The notes beneath the pieces were generated by a model, which saw only the letters and a list, made by a program, of their open reading frames with translations, did no database searches and was not told where the DNA came from. Shown piece after piece: positions 8,877 through 17,538 of a DNA stretch of 39,945 nucleotides; positions within the stretch are counted from its first letter, which is position 1, and every line of letters begins with the position of its first letter. The DNA lies in IMG/VR virus record IMGVR_UViG_3300027822_000008, positions 1 to 39,945 of that record, one strand, 5' to 3'. Source of the DNA: a virus. A program made the translations under genes and the position numbers.

Positions 8877-10294
8877 TGAAGATAAGGCACGGTTGGGTAC
8901 CTTACGAGGCCGATGACGAAGACGTTGTTTTCAGATCGCCGCTAACCTCTCTCGCTTCCCTGACAGATCAGGTTACGGCCGGCAATCTGGCGTCTGCTGC
9001 TGTCTATCCGGTTTCAGGGAATACCAATACGTATGACTCTGTCAAGGGCTTCAAGGCGGGAGCGTCAGGGGGTTTGACCTTTGCGCTTTCAGCCGCCAAT
9101 GCCGCACTGGTAGATCGAGGCTTTCAGATTTCACTTGAAGTCGAGCGGAAGCTGCTTGTTGCCAGTCCGCTGGATTCATCGCGCCATACCTCTGATGGCG
9201 ATGTCATTGCCGGGGAACAGCGAATTCTCGAAGCCTTTTCCGGGGCTATTCCGACGGGGCAAATCCAACTGCTTAAGGTCTCTCTGAGTACCAATGACAA
9301 ATACGCCACTGCCTATCTAGGAACGGGTAATGGACTGGCTAACATATTTTGGGATTTCATCGATGGCCCTGCATCGTCAACGCATTACCTGCACAGTGTC
9401 GGAAAGGGTGATTTTGTTACGGTTAACATTGGTTCTCACGGTAGGCACGTATATTACGCCTTTGATGGCTGCATATATGGTTATGCAGAACGTCTTGGCG
9501 TAGCGAACTTCCTGAACTGGGTGCTTGGTAATGACCGTGGAGCGTCAAAGTTCGTTGAGAATCATTACGTCCGGAATATCCAGCTGGTAGCGCGCCCGCC
9601 GATATTCTCCTGCCCACCCCTGTTCTCACACTGTTATGTGGTGAGTGATTCTATCTTTGACAGCCTCAGTAACTACAGTCAGGATGCTGCTGACGCAATC
9701 CCGAGGGTCGGCGCAACTCGCCCCCTGCATCAGAGAGGACTTCGCTGGGGTAAGTTCACGATCAGTGAAAATGGTGGTGCGACAATCACGGCGGGTGCAG
9801 ATGATCTTGATGCTGACCTTGATACGGCCATCGCTGCAAGGCCCAGTGTGTTGTATTTCCGTGGTGGTCATAATGATATTTCTCAAGGGTTGAGTTTGGC
9901 CACTACGTATTCAACCCTCCAAGATTACATCGAGCGCGCGCTGGGCCAGAACGGAAACCCACACACAACCATACAGAGGTTTGTCATGGGGAACATGACG
10001 AGCTGGATGGGGGCGAGTGTAACCAATACGGCACAGAACCTGTCTGATGTTATCGACTGGAACATCTTACTGGATGGTCTTGTGGCATGGTGGGATATCA
10101 CCTATCCCGCTGCTGCCGGGCAGGTTGTTCTGGCGGATAACTTTAACGACCTTGGTGGTGAGAACCCTGAACCATTAACGTATATTGGCCAGGTCTCCGG
10201 TTCGTTTACAGACTTCCACATGCATGCCTACGGTGGTCTCACGCTGGGCGATTCGTATACAAAGGCGCTACTGAATTCGGTAAGTGCAATTTAA
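8876..10294 (+). CDS. Virion-module protein with a C-terminal SGNH/GDSL-like esterase domain (putative polysaccharide deacetylase)
   Basis: 472 aa. Block I-like VVSDSIFDS and block III GGHND are present. The C-terminal TDFHMH carries Asp/His but not at the canonical DxxH spacing. Confidence 0.55.
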   Translation: MKIRHGWVPYEADDEDVVFRSPLTSLASLTDQVTAGNLASAAVYPVSGNTNTYDSVKGFKAGASGGLTFALSAANAALVDRGFQISLEVERKLLVASPLDSSRHTSDGDVIAGEQRILEAFSGAIPTGQIQLLKVSLSTNDKYATAYLGTGNGLANIFWDFIDGPASSTHYLHSVGKGDFVTVNIGSHGRHVYYAFDGCIYGYAERLGVANFLNWVLGNDRGASKFVENHYVRNIQLVARPPIFSCPPLFSHCYVVSDSIFDSLSNYSQDAADAIPRVGATRPLHQRGLRWGKFTISENGGATITAGADDLDADLDTAIAARPSVLYFRGGHNDISQGLSLATTYSTLQDYIERALGQNGNPHTTIQRFVMGNMTSWMGASVTNTAQNLSDVIDWNILLDGLVAWWDITYPAAAGQVVLADNFNDLGGENPEPLTYIGQVSGSFTDFHMHAYGGLTLGDSYTKALLNSVSAI

Positions 10295-10314
10295 GAGATA
10301 TCGCGAGAAAATCT

Positions 10315-10872
10315 ATGGCTTCTGAGACTTCAATTTGCAATCTGGCCTTGATTAGCATTGGCGAAGAAAGGATCAACAGTATCGATGATACAAACAGGCG
10401 CGCCGTTATCTGCAAGGAGTTCTATGCGGCAACGCGCGACGCGATGATTCGAGCGTTCCCGTGGGATTTCGCGAAGGCTCGCGCCGAGCTTGCGGCAGAA
10501 ACCACTGCGCCGGAGTTTGGGTATTCCTACCAATACCCGCTACCATCCGACTGCCTTAAGGTGCTCTCTGTTAATGGTGAAACAATCGGCTGGGAGGTTG
10601 AGGGCGGCAAGCTGCTGACTGATGAATCCGCAATCAAGATAAAGTTCTTGCAGCAAATCACCGACCCAAACGCGTTCGATGCAAGTTTTGTCAATGGCCT
10701 TGCGAAACGCCTTGCACGGGATATCGCCTACGGTATAACAAAAAACAAAGGGGTCAAGGAGCGCGCCGAAAAGGACTATGAAGAGGCTGAAAGCGAAGGC
10801 TTTTTGACGGGATCACAGGAAAGCTCACTGGACGATGCCAATGAGTCCGACGCGCTTATCTGGATCAGGTAA
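10315..10872 (+). CDS. Tail tubular protein A / adaptor-like protein
   Basis: 185 aa. The N-terminal SICNLALISIGEERINSIDD pattern is typical of podovirus gp11-like proteins. It lies directly upstream of the nozzle-like gene. Confidence 0.6.
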   Translation: MASETSICNLALISIGEERINSIDDTNRRAVICKEFYAATRDAMIRAFPWDFAKARAELAAETTAPEFGYSYQYPLPSDCLKVLSVNGETIGWEVEGGKLLTDESAIKIKFLQQITDPNAFDASFVNGLAKRLARDIAYGITKNKGVKERAEKDYEEAESEGFLTGSQESSLDDANESDALIWIR

Positions 10873-13106
10873 TGCCGAGGTCAAGGCCGATACAAAATAG
10901 CTTCACGACCGGAGAAATATCCCCCCGGCTTCGCGGTCGCTCTGATGTTACAAAGTATTTCAGCGGTGTCGAAGAGCTACAGAACTTCATTGTTTACCCG
11001 CACGGCGGAGCGAACCGGCGCCCCGGCACGCACCATGCCGCAAACTCAAAAAGCGACGAAAGGGTTCGGTTAATACCTTTTGAATTCAACACAGAACAAA
11101 CCTATATTCTTGAGTTCGGAAATCTGTATATCCGGTTTTACCGGAATAGCGCCCCAATCTACGAAGCTGATGTCACCATTACCGGCATTAGCCAGGCCGC
11201 CTCTGCGCGCGTAACGGCGGTCGGGCATGGGTATGTGACGGGTGGCGAGGTTTTAATTACCTCCGTGGCCGGTATGACGGAGATAAACGGCCTGCGCTCT
11301 ATCATTACCGTGATCGACCCTAACACCTTCGATCTCGACAGCGTGGATTCGACAGCATTTACCGCCTACGCTTCCGGTGGTGTTGCCAACCGCGTATACG
11401 AAATTGTTAGCCCATACACAACCGCAGACCTGGAAGATATCCAGTATGCGCAGTCCGCAGATACTATGTGGATTGTGCACAAGGGATTTAAGCCTCGCAC
11501 GCTAACGCGCACCGGGCATACTGCGTGGACGCTGGCAAACTATGCGCCTACTGCCGATCCGTTTACCTCCGCCCCCCTGTACCCGGCCGCCGTTACCATG
11601 TTCCAGCAGCGGATTATATTTGGCGGTACCACCAGCACGCCCAGTACGTTTTATGCAAGTGTTGCCGGAGACCTGTCAGATATGACGGTGGGAACTGCCG
11701 ACGGCGATGGATACACATACAGCATTGTTTCAGGTACTGGTCGTGTGCCGGTTATTCGCTGGCTGGCCTCGTCAGATGTGTTGCTTATCGGAACCGCCGG
11801 GTCTGAGTTTGTAGCGACTGGCGGCAATAGTAGCGCCATCACGCCGACAAACATCGATGTCAGTGAGCGGGCAACGAACGGTTCAAAAGCCATTCAGCCG
11901 GTCGTTGTGGACAGTAACGCGCTGTTTGTTCAGCGCGCCGGGCGAAAGCTCCGGGATCTTGGAACTTTCCTTACGCAGGACTCAAGCGGAAATGTCCGGT
12001 CACCCTCATCAGACCTTAGTATTATTTCGGAGCACATAACAGTAAGCGGGATTCAGGGCATGGCGTTCCAGGCGGTTCCTGATGGAATCCTGTGGATGTA
12101 TCGGGCGGACGGGTTGGCGATAGCCTTTACTTACAATCGGGAACAGGAGGTTTTTGCGTGGCAGCGTCATCCGCTTGGCGGGAGTCGGGTTGCTGTTGAG
12201 AGTGTGGCCGCGATACCAAGCGCGTCCGGCGAGCAGCTTTGGCTGTCAGTTCGGCGTGTCGTTAACGGACAAACCGTAAGGCACGTCGACTATATGGACG
12301 AGGAAGCATGGCGAGAGCTTTCTATGCAGACCGATGATGACATACGTGACGCCATGCGCGATTGCTTTTATGTTGACTCCGGTCTGTCGTATGAAAACCC
12401 TGTCGTTATTTCCGGAATTACTCGGGCTGCGCCTGGTGTTGTCACTACGGCATCGGCGCACAGCCTGGCCACGGCCGACGTGATAGAGATTCGCGACGTG
12501 CTCGGAATGACGGAAGTTAATCACAAAAAATATTCGGTTGCAGTGCTATCGCCGACTACGTTCGAGCTGAAAGATGAAAATGACAACACGGTAGAGATTG
12601 ATACCAGCGCTTTCGGCGTCTATGAATCCGATGGCATTTTGCAGGTCGCGGTTTCAAGCCTGTCCGGACTGCATCACCTGGAAGGGGAGCAGGTTGACGT
12701 TCTGGCCGATGGCGCAGTACATCCTGCGCAGACGGTAACCAATGGCGCTATTGCACTACAAAATGCAGCAACCAGAATTCACGCTGGACTGAATTACGCC
12801 TCCAGATTAAAGACCATGCCGGTCGGAAGCGCTGGCGACGCCGTTGGTTCGACCCTGGGCCGATTGATGGGGTGGTCTGACGTTATTGTTAGCCTGTACC
12901 TCTCAGGCTCTGGTGCGATTCAGGGTGAACAGCTTGAATATCGTTCCGGTGGCGATCCGATGGACGCTCCGCCGGCGCTGATTACGGAAACCGTTAACGT
13001 TAACGATTTGGGTTATGATAAATCCGGGCAGGTCGAAATCACCCAGGAGGTGCCACTCCCGTTCACGGTGCTGGCAATTTCCGGGGCTTTGCAGGTCAAT
13101 GAGTAA
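10872..13106 (+). CDS. Tail tubular protein B / nozzle (phage stabilisation protein-like)
   Basis: 744 aa. The N-terminus NSFTTGEISPRLRGRSDVTKYFSGVEELQNFIVYPHGGANRRPG is typical of this family. TAATG overlap with the upstream gene. Contains two copies of a roughly 70-aa insertion domain. Confidence 0.7.
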   Translation: MPRSRPIQNSFTTGEISPRLRGRSDVTKYFSGVEELQNFIVYPHGGANRRPGTHHAANSKSDERVRLIPFEFNTEQTYILEFGNLYIRFYRNSAPIYEADVTITGISQAASARVTAVGHGYVTGGEVLITSVAGMTEINGLRSIITVIDPNTFDLDSVDSTAFTAYASGGVANRVYEIVSPYTTADLEDIQYAQSADTMWIVHKGFKPRTLTRTGHTAWTLANYAPTADPFTSAPLYPAAVTMFQQRIIFGGTTSTPSTFYASVAGDLSDMTVGTADGDGYTYSIVSGTGRVPVIRWLASSDVLLIGTAGSEFVATGGNSSAITPTNIDVSERATNGSKAIQPVVVDSNALFVQRAGRKLRDLGTFLTQDSSGNVRSPSSDLSIISEHITVSGIQGMAFQAVPDGILWMYRADGLAIAFTYNREQEVFAWQRHPLGGSRVAVESVAAIPSASGEQLWLSVRRVVNGQTVRHVDYMDEEAWRELSMQTDDDIRDAMRDCFYVDSGLSYENPVVISGITRAAPGVVTTASAHSLATADVIEIRDVLGMTEVNHKKYSVAVLSPTTFELKDENDNTVEIDTSAFGVYESDGILQVAVSSLSGLHHLEGEQVDVLADGAVHPAQTVTNGAIALQNAATRIHAGLNYASRLKTMPVGSAGDAVGSTLGRLMGWSDVIVSLYLSGSGAIQGEQLEYRSGGDPMDAPPALITETVNVNDLGYDKSGQVEITQEVPLPFTVLAISGALQVNE

Positions 13107-13118
13107 CAGGGCGGTCTG

Positions 13119-13598
13119 ATGTCATTTACATCGGCATTAACAATCTTATCTGCGGTCAGCTCGTTTTCAGCGAGTAATCGGCAGGCTGATGCAATCAGTC
13201 AGCAAGGCGAGGTTAATGCGCGCATTTCCGAGCTGGACGTGCGTCAGGCCGAGATATCGACGCAAGACCAGCTACGCATCCGGCAGGACCGTTTGACCAA
13301 AGACCTGGGGGCCGCCCGCGCGAGCTTTTCGGCTAGTGGCGTTGATATTGGTTCAGGATCGCCGCTTGATGCGCAGCTGGAGATTCTGGCGCGCGGCCAG
13401 GAGGATCTGGACGCGATCCGGTCAAATGGCGCGCTTGCGGTCTATCGGGCGCAGCTGGGCGGCGGGTTCGATCAGTTGGCGGCACAAAACCAGGAGGCGG
13501 CTGCGCGGACTCGCGGTAACCTGACGTTATTCCAGACCGGCCTGTCGTTGGCGCGGGAATTCCGGCCGGCTACCGTGACCATTGAGGACAGTGAATAA
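13119..13598 (+). CDS. Internal virion protein (small)
   Basis: 159 aa with a hydrophobic N-terminus followed by a coiled coil. First gene of a four-gene block in the position of podovirus core/ejection proteins. Confidence 0.55.
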   Translation: MSFTSALTILSAVSSFSASNRQADAISQQGEVNARISELDVRQAEISTQDQLRIRQDRLTKDLGAARASFSASGVDIGSGSPLDAQLEILARGQEDLDAIRSNGALAVYRAQLGGGFDQLAAQNQEAAARTRGNLTLFQTGLSLAREFRPATVTIEDSE

Positions 13599-15631
13599 TG
13601 GCGAAGATCACGATTCCGGAACGCCAGGTTGTCCGCGCTGAAACCACGGGCGCGCCGAAGCTGAGTCCGGCCGTTGCCGGCATTGCGGAAGGCGCGAATG
13701 CTGATGCCAGTCGCCAGCTTACCGGTCAGCTGCTGAGTTTTACTAATGAGTTGCATGGCGCTGAAATCCAGGCCGATGCCGCCCACCGTGTAGCGAGGGC
13801 GACCACTGAATTCAATGCCTTCTACGCCGAGCGCAGCGGCCGTCCGGACGGTTTCGACACCCTGCAGAAGGATACCAGCGACCAGCTTGGCGAGATTCGC
13901 AACCAGGCGTTTGACGGTGTCACGGACGGCCGGACACAGGAGCTTTTAACCAGTCGTTTCGGCGCGCTGGAGGTGCAGGCCAAAGGCCGGGCGGCGTCGG
14001 ATGAGCGTCGTCAGCGCGTCGCTTTTGCCAACCAGCAGACCAGAAATACGCTTGAGCTGAACGCCATCAGCGCCGCTAACTTTGATAGCTCGAGGGAAGG
14101 CGCTGATCTGGTGGCCGACTCTGTCGCGCTGCTGGATGGGCAGGTAGCGTCCGGGCTGCTCTCGCGCCCGGTTGCAGACGCGCTGAAGACAGACTTTTTG
14201 TCCCAGGTGCAGGTTGGCCGCTTCCAGAAGCTGATTAACGACGATCCTGAGCAGGCGCTGAAAATCCTGAGCGGAAAGGAGGCCATTGACGACCTGGATC
14301 CGGGTAAGCGTAATGCCCTGAAGCGTGCTGCGCAGGCTCAGGTCAATGCGCTGGCATCGGCGCGGAAAAAAGTAGTCGATAACGCGGTCAAGGATGCACT
14401 GTTTTCGCTCGAGAACGGGTTTCTGCCGGCCAACTTTGAAGCAGTTCAGAGGGCGGCCGAGGGCGTGCCTGGCGCCGAGAGTAAACTAAATCTTGGTCTT
14501 AAGCAGTATCAGGTGGTGGCCGACGTGTCAGCGCTCACGCCGCAAGACCAGCAGCAATGGGTGAACCGGACGCGGGCGCGCAAGAACCTGACCAAGCCGG
14601 AAGTTCAGGTGCTGAAGTCTGTTGAAAGCAACCTGGCGGCTCAGCGCAGCACGTTTAACCGCAACCCGCTACAGCTCGGTATCGATAAGGGGCTGATTCC
14701 AAGCCAGCTGCCGCTGGATTTCGCAAACGCCGATGGCCTGCCTGTCCAGCTCGCAGAGCGGCGGGCGGCGGCTGCCGTGGTTTCCGATCATGTGGGGCAG
14801 CCGGCTTCGCCGCTGTTTGCTGAAGAGCTGGACGAGGTCAAGCGAATGCTTGATGTCGGCGATGTGGATGCGCAAGCGGATCTGCTGGGCGCCATTGTCG
14901 CCGGTCTTGACAGTGACGCGCGCGGCTTTTTTCATCAGCTCGACAGCAAGGGCTCGGATACTTATGCCATGATGGGTTCGCTTTTATTGCGTGGAGAAAA
15001 GGCGGCGGCTCTACAGCTTGGTATCGGGCGCAAGGTGCTGGCCAAGGATGCGGCGGCCGGGCCGAAAACAGCAGATTTCAGGCTCGAAGGGCTTGCGGTC
15101 CTTGATGATTCATACGAACAGCTGCCGCGTACGCAATCCACCATTCTGAAGAATGCGCGCGTGCTATATGTGGGCATGGGCGGCGATTCCGAGTCTGTTG
15201 ATACCTCTCTGATGGAGCGCGCTATCAACACGTTGACCGGCGGGCTTATCGACTACAAGCCGCAGTCGGTAAAACAAAACACCGTCATCCCGGAAGGTCA
15301 GCCCGGGCGGATTTTCTTCACTAGCGATATATTCGGTGCGCAGCGGCTTCCCGCCCCCGCCCCTGGCGTGACGGCCGACGAATTCACAGACTGGGTTCGC
15401 AATATTGAGCCCAGCGATATCAAGCGCTTCGGCGGTGTGGCGGGATATGAAGACGCGCCGGATCAGGTACTGCGCTGGATCTGGCGGCAGGATGGCGAGT
15501 CGCGGCTTGTCGGGGTTGGGCAAGGGCTGTATGCGGTTGAGATTGAGAGCCTGAGCGGCTCCCGCGAGTTCCTAAGAAGCGCTGACGATCCAGCGCAGCC
15601 GTTCCTGCTGGACTGGGAAAACCTGCCATGA
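13598..15631 (+). CDS. Internal virion / ejection protein
   Basis: 677 aa, TAATG overlap upstream and ATGA overlap downstream. Helical and Ala-rich; no enzymatic motif seen. Confidence 0.6.
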   Translation: MAKITIPERQVVRAETTGAPKLSPAVAGIAEGANADASRQLTGQLLSFTNELHGAEIQADAAHRVARATTEFNAFYAERSGRPDGFDTLQKDTSDQLGEIRNQAFDGVTDGRTQELLTSRFGALEVQAKGRAASDERRQRVAFANQQTRNTLELNAISAANFDSSREGADLVADSVALLDGQVASGLLSRPVADALKTDFLSQVQVGRFQKLINDDPEQALKILSGKEAIDDLDPGKRNALKRAAQAQVNALASARKKVVDNAVKDALFSLENGFLPANFEAVQRAAEGVPGAESKLNLGLKQYQVVADVSALTPQDQQQWVNRTRARKNLTKPEVQVLKSVESNLAAQRSTFNRNPLQLGIDKGLIPSQLPLDFANADGLPVQLAERRAAAAVVSDHVGQPASPLFAEELDEVKRMLDVGDVDAQADLLGAIVAGLDSDARGFFHQLDSKGSDTYAMMGSLLLRGEKAAALQLGIGRKVLAKDAAAGPKTADFRLEGLAVLDDSYEQLPRTQSTILKNARVLYVGMGGDSESVDTSLMERAINTLTGGLIDYKPQSVKQNTVIPEGQPGRIFFTSDIFGAQRLPAPAPGVTADEFTDWVRNIEPSDIKRFGGVAGYEDAPDQVLRWIWRQDGESRLVGVGQGLYAVEIESLSGSREFLRSADDPAQPFLLDWENLP

Positions 15632-17538
15632 GACCCGTTGCAGCGCGCATTGAGCCCGATGGTCGCGATATGCTGGCCGCACGTATGCCGACAGCGATTA
15701 ACGGCGAGCAGGACGTGGCTGCGACGTTCTCAGAGGTGTTTGACTCGGCGCTTGGGCTGGTTCGCCGTGAAGGGACGAGCATCAGTGCCGATTTAGCCTT
15801 CGAGCCGCATGTGCAGGAGCGTAACCAGAAGATCGAGGAATTGACGGGCGTCAAGGCCGACTTCATTGACCAGACGCGCTATTTAGACCCCGCCGTTACT
15901 CGCAGAATTGAGAAGTTTATCGACGCTGGCGAGATATTCCAGAACGAGGACGGTAGTGTTCACGCCACCTCACGCATTGCTGACTTCTGGATGAAGGACA
16001 ATGCGCAGCTTACCCGCGTCATTCTGGCAACGCAGCGGGCGCGCAGGCTGTCACCGGCCGAGGTTCCCACGGACAAGGAGATTGACCGCCGGGTTTCCGC
16101 AGAACTTGCGGAGAAGCGTGCGCCCGACGAGGAAATTCTGTCGCGTGGGCGCGGCGTTTCGGGTGTGGCGGGCGCCCTTAGTGGAACATTCGTCGGCGCA
16201 CTGCAAGACCCGATCTTGTTGGCCTCGTTGCCATTTGGGTTCGGTCCGATGCTTGGTCGCGGGGTTGCGATCAATGCCGGACGCGCGTTTCTGGCCGAGG
16301 GTCTCGCGGCGGGGGTCTCTGAAATACCCATTCAGGCGGAAGTGATGCGCTTTAAAAAGCAGATCAATTCCCCGTACAGCACGAAAGAAGCCGCGTTTAA
16401 CGTGCTGGCCGCGACGCTTGGCGCCGGACTTTTAAGGGCGACTGGCTCAATCACTGTCGACGTTGCCGAGAACGCCCTTAAGGCTTATCGAGGCCGATTC
16501 GGCGGCATTGTCGAAACACCGGAAAGCCGCGAGGCGGCGCAAGCGCTGCAGGCGTATGTCGATCAGGCCAATGAATCGCCGGTTGGTCCTACGTTGCGCA
16601 CAAAAGAACGTGAGCGGGATCATTTCGAGGCCATCGACAAGGCGGCCAGTGATATTGAGGCGGGTCGCCCCGTGCGGGTCGGTGACTTGCTAGACGACGA
16701 CATCCCCGTTACCGCAAGGATTCTCCCGCAGGAGACCGTCCAAAACGCTATTGCCAGGCTGATTCCGGACGCCGGCAACGCGCTGACCCGGGGCGAGCGT
16801 AAAGCCATCGTATCTGAGATTAGCGACCTCAAGTTTAAGCTGGACGCCATCAAAACATCGCGTGAGCCGTTGAGGGCCGAGGCCAGGCGCATTGAGAAAC
16901 AGCTGCCCGCTACCCTGTCGAAAAAGGCCCGTGAAACGCAGGCGCTGAAGCGCGCGAGCGAGGCGAGGAAGCAGGAAACCGAGCTACTGGAAAACAGCGT
17001 GGCGGCGCTTCAGGAACGGATGAGAATGCACGACGAGGCGAATCTTGCAAAAGCAACCCTCGACAGGGTTGACCGCATGCGTGCGACGGGAAAGACCGAG
17101 GATGAAATACAGAAAGTCCTCGAAGAAAAGGGCTTGATTCAGCGCCGGAAGGCTGGCCCCGACGAGCTGCTGGGGACCGTTGCCGCGAAAGCCAAAGAGG
17201 CGAAGGCCGCCAAACAGAAGCCCAGGACACCGAAAAAGCCCAAAGTACCGGAGAAAGCCAAGCCCGAAAGCGGGGCAGGCAAGGAAGAGAGTAGTAGTAT
17301 TACCCGGCCTGCCAGGACGCGCCAGCCGGTCGGCGACACATACAACGCCGATTCAGCGGCGGACGTTCTGGACGAGGTAAGCGAGCTGCTGGCCGAGGGG
17401 GATATAGAGATCCCGACCGAAATTACCGTGCGTGACGGCGAGCAATCTGTTATTACCCGCTCAGCCCGCGCGGAAATGCAGGCGCTGCAAGACAACCTCG
17501 ATGCGCTCGATGCACTCGACACCTGTAGGAAAAGCTAA
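15628..17538 (+). CDS. Internal virion / ejection protein
   Basis: 636 aa, translationally coupled on both sides. Contains a Gly/Ala-rich hydrophobic stretch (GVSGVAGALSGTFVGAL...) and a Lys-rich coiled coil. Confidence 0.6.
   Translation: MRPVAARIEPDGRDMLAARMPTAINGEQDVAATFSEVFDSALGLVRREGTSISADLAFEPHVQERNQKIEELTGVKADFIDQTRYLDPAVTRRIEKFIDAGEIFQNEDGSVHATSRIADFWMKDNAQLTRVILATQRARRLSPAEVPTDKEIDRRVSAELAEKRAPDEEILSRGRGVSGVAGALSGTFVGALQDPILLASLPFGFGPMLGRGVAINAGRAFLAEGLAAGVSEIPIQAEVMRFKKQINSPYSTKEAAFNVLAATLGAGLLRATGSITVDVAENALKAYRGRFGGIVETPESREAAQALQAYVDQANESPVGPTLRTKERERDHFEAIDKAASDIEAGRPVRVGDLLDDDIPVTARILPQETVQNAIARLIPDAGNALTRGERKAIVSEISDLKFKLDAIKTSREPLRAEARRIEKQLPATLSKKARETQALKRASEARKQETELLENSVAALQERMRMHDEANLAKATLDRVDRMRATGKTEDEIQKVLEEKGLIQRRKAGPDELLGTVAAKAKEAKAAKQKPRTPKKPKVPEKAKPESGAGKEESSSITRPARTRQPVGDTYNADSAADVLDEVSELLAEGDIEIPTEITVRDGEQSVITRSARAEMQALQDNLDALDALDTCRKS

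Noticed and set aside
6410-10294. Diversity-generating retroelement targeting the fibre-like proteins (by analogy with BPP-1-type podoviruses)
   Set aside because: The genome has no reverse transcriptase ORF. I also found no template/variable repeat pair near the 3' ends of these genes by eye.
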